Shown here: positions 20,583-23,198 of the stretch, one piece after another
Numbering within the stretch: the first letter of the stretch is position 1
How the letters are laid out: every line of letters begins with the position of its first letter
Assembly: GCA_051294375.1 (NCBI GenBank)
Contig: JBJCIZ010000668.1
Coordinates: forward strand, 8,997 to 32,194
Direction of reading: 5' to 3'
Source: Paraspadella gotoi
Lineage: Eukaryota > Animalia > Chaetognatha
DNA: 23,198 nt
Made by a program: the position numbers and the translations under genes
Notes under the pieces: generated by a model
Told to the model about the DNA's origin: nothing
Database searches by the model: none
What the model saw: only the letters and a program-made list of their open reading frames with translations

Positions 20583-21460
20583 TTATTGAGCCATGACCGG
20601 CGAAGCCGGTTCAGGCTCTATAATAATTTAGGGTTGCTTCTTTGTGACGTAGTCGTCGGCGTCGTCGTCGTCGGCGTCACGCTGTTTTTATCGAGCCATG
20701 ACCGGCGAAGCCGGTTCAGGCTCGATATTGATTCGGGTCAGCTTCTTTGTGACGTCGTCGTCGTCGTCGTCGGCGTCACGCTTTTTTGTATAAAAACTAC
20801 TACGCTTTTATAGTTTTGGCTGGACTTACCGTTTTTTTTTAAATAAAAATTATTATTAATTACGATGAAGTTTTATAAAAGTGTGCGATCATAGTAAGTT
20901 AAAAATTTAGATATGGCTTCTCATCTTGAAATAGCTCTGATATTTTCTCATTACATTTGGATTTAAGTATTTTTTGTTTGAATTTCCACTTCATTTTGAT
21001 TTACTGCAATATGGAAATGAGATTATAGTACTCATTATAGTATCCAAATTAGTATATAGAAATGCTTTAATCTAATTTACATATTGCAGTATATAATATT
21101 GAAGATGAAATTCAAAAATTTTTTTTAAAATCTATAATAAAAATGGGAACTCAAAGGAACTTTTTAATGAAAAGCTATATCTTAATTTTAATACAAATAA
21201 AAATAAAATCTTTTACAAGCTGCGATTGGAAAAAATTGGAAAAATTTCCAATTGTAAACCATTGTAACATTTTTTGCCTTTCTTTTATTTATTTTTTAAT
21301 TATATATATATTTTTTTCAGGCGCTGCCTTTTCTGAATCATTAAAAAACGAGTTCAGGGTTTCTCTCTGTCTCTCTCTGTGTGCGTCTGTCTCTCTCTGT
21401 ACGATCTCTTGCGTGATCATTCGTTTTTTGAAAAATTCTTATTATTTTTTTCTTTCTAAA
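20583..21460 (+). mobile_element. Helentron/HINE-like element, copy 2 (3'-truncated)
   Basis: TTATTGAGCCATGACCGGCGAAGCCGGTTCAGGCTC plus (GTC)n head occurs twice with a 105-bp period, starting in a T run. The body is homologous to copy 1; the spurious MGTQR ORFs at 651..947 and 21143..21541 align. Confidence 0.7.
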
Positions 21461-21569
21461 AACTTTTATTATCGCCATTTATTTTTTTTCTCAATACAAA
21501 ATCCCAAATTTACATCCAAGATTTTCGTGAATTCATTTTAGAAAAAGAGAAGAATAACTTATTATGCAG

Positions 21570-22223
21570 GCTATGTCACATGTACATCAACTTGTGTGAC
21601 AGGTAGGCGATACCTGCTATATATCCGGCAATTGCGCGGTCTTTTCATACAATTGAAACATTCTTTGAAATATTATACCACTTCATTGATAGGGAAGCCA
21701 GGTTCACTGGGAGTGAATAAACAAGTCTGTGAGAGAGGCTTGATTAAAAGCTTGCAGAAACCTGTTATGTTATTATCTTGCAAGTGTTATGGAGGCTGGA
21801 GAAAGCGATACCCTTTTTATTCGCGTATAATTGTTTTATAGTACTCACAGCCAAATCAGCAGAAGAGTAGCAGCTGTTTGATTACAGATATCAAGATTGG
21901 GTGAAGAAGGGGGAGTTTTCCAATGCAATCAAGACTGGCTTAGTATTGTTCACGGTAGAGCCATACCTACTCAAGGCTTCCCTTGATCTTAATCTCCATG
22001 GTACGAGTCTTTCCACCCTCTTGGCGGAATGCTTTTCAATGGCACCTATTTTGTCACAAAATCTTAAGAAAGCATCCTTGCACTCTGAAGTGACCTTAAG
22101 CGCTCAACTCTAGGCGCGGTCCTTGCAGCTTGCCATGGCATGATGCAACAAACTAATGATGCCTGCTTCAGCTTCTCCTTTCAGATCCTCCAAGCAACGT
22201 TTCCAGTGACTTAGCCTAGCCAT
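21570..22223 (-). pseudogene. Decayed coding-like region, possibly the N-terminal part of the BEL gag
   Basis: Frame from ATG 22223 reads MARLSHWKRCLEDLKGEAEAG... with several stops. It is on the same strand as, and upstream of, the zinc knuckles, separated from them by the HINE-like insertion. No diagnostic motif recognised. Confidence 0.3.
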
Positions 22224-23198
22224 GGCGAAAAATCAATGAATCCTTATAAACAAAATGATCAATAGACAAAAGCCTTGAGGGCTTTGGTCCTGTCAAACAG
22301 GGGAAAAGCCCAAAACCTTCTACTTTGAACCCCCTGGGGTTTTAAGAACAATAAAAGCAACACCATCAGTAAGCCTTAAGCTCAAATCATAAACGAAGCT
22401 TGGTAATAACACAGTAAATTAAAATGAGGGCACAGAGAAATTGAAGCCACATACTGGCACTCAGAAATGTGAAGTTTTTTAAACTGAAGCGCTTCTTTAA
22501 CGCAGCGACCTAGATAATTCCGAGATTATCGCAAATTAAAACAAATCTAAGTTTCATCTCTATTTCTTCTAGGAGTGCCCTAATTTGTGCCCTAATTAAT
22601 TATTGATTCAAATCCGTGTTCAACTGCTTCTCAAATAAGTATTTTTGGAAACCAAAACAGTCTAACAGTAAAACACCTTAACTATAACCTTTATATTCTT
22701 AAGAACCATGTAATAAAGTCAGAAATAGTAACCACATTTTGAAGATAATACAATAATTTCCAATCTCAGGTACAAATAATTCATGGTAGCAATGTAGAAG
22801 GGCAGGTAGGGCAAGAAGGAGTTCAAGTAGTGGGGCAAAGTGTGTTAAAACTAACAAAAAATAGACAATGCTAAATTAGTACAAATAAACCTTAAAACTT
22901 ATAAGTAACATATATAACCTAAGTTAACATTCAATTATAAATCCAATGTAAACTAACCTTCGATTGGGTTCCAGAATAGAGAATAAAACATTGGCAGTAA
23001 GTAGTACAAAACAATTATTTAAATGTATTTTTCCTTTTCATTTTTTACACAACTGTTTTGAAATGAGAGTAAAAGCTTGTGAAAGATAAACTGAAAACAC
23101 GCTTCGTTTCGTTAGCTTCTAATAACAAGCTGATCGCGGGAGAGAGTAAATTCAGATATTCAACGGAAAACAATGATTCTATCGCACTAAACGAAACT

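Noticed and set aside
630-21460. The ~0.9-kb inverted repeats (630-1515 and 20583-21460) as TIRs of one giant transposon such as a Polinton
   Set aside because: A third copy and fragments lie inside, the left copy continues outward, no TSD is visible, and no polymerase, capsid or matching transposase gene lies between them. Dispersed copies in opposite orientation explain it.

Overview
AT-rich, microsatellite-rich eukaryotic (probably invertebrate) DNA made almost entirely of nested transposable elements; I see no intact host gene. The centre is a full-length but inactivated Ty3/Gypsy LTR retrotransposon (9198-16798, + strand). It has near-identical ~487-bp LTRs, a tRNA-Trp-like PBS, gag, a -1 frameshift signal with an H-type pseudoknot, PR-RT-RH-IN pol and a PPT. 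Its integrase is split by a 1.33-kb non-autonomous hAT-type element with an 8-bp TSD. The most unusual feature is a 72-73-nt antisense tRNA-like Pol III unit in both LTRs (A box, B box, acceptor-like stem, T-arm, TTTT terminator), with one long hairpin in place of the D and anticodon arms. The flanks hold Helentron/HINE-like repeats (three copies with doubled heads), an internally deleted Tc1-like element with a D35E spacing, two fold-back elements, a CCA-tailed tRNA-Leu 3' half behind an LTR-like remnant, and a decayed BEL/Pao element. All calls were made by eye; no database searches were run.
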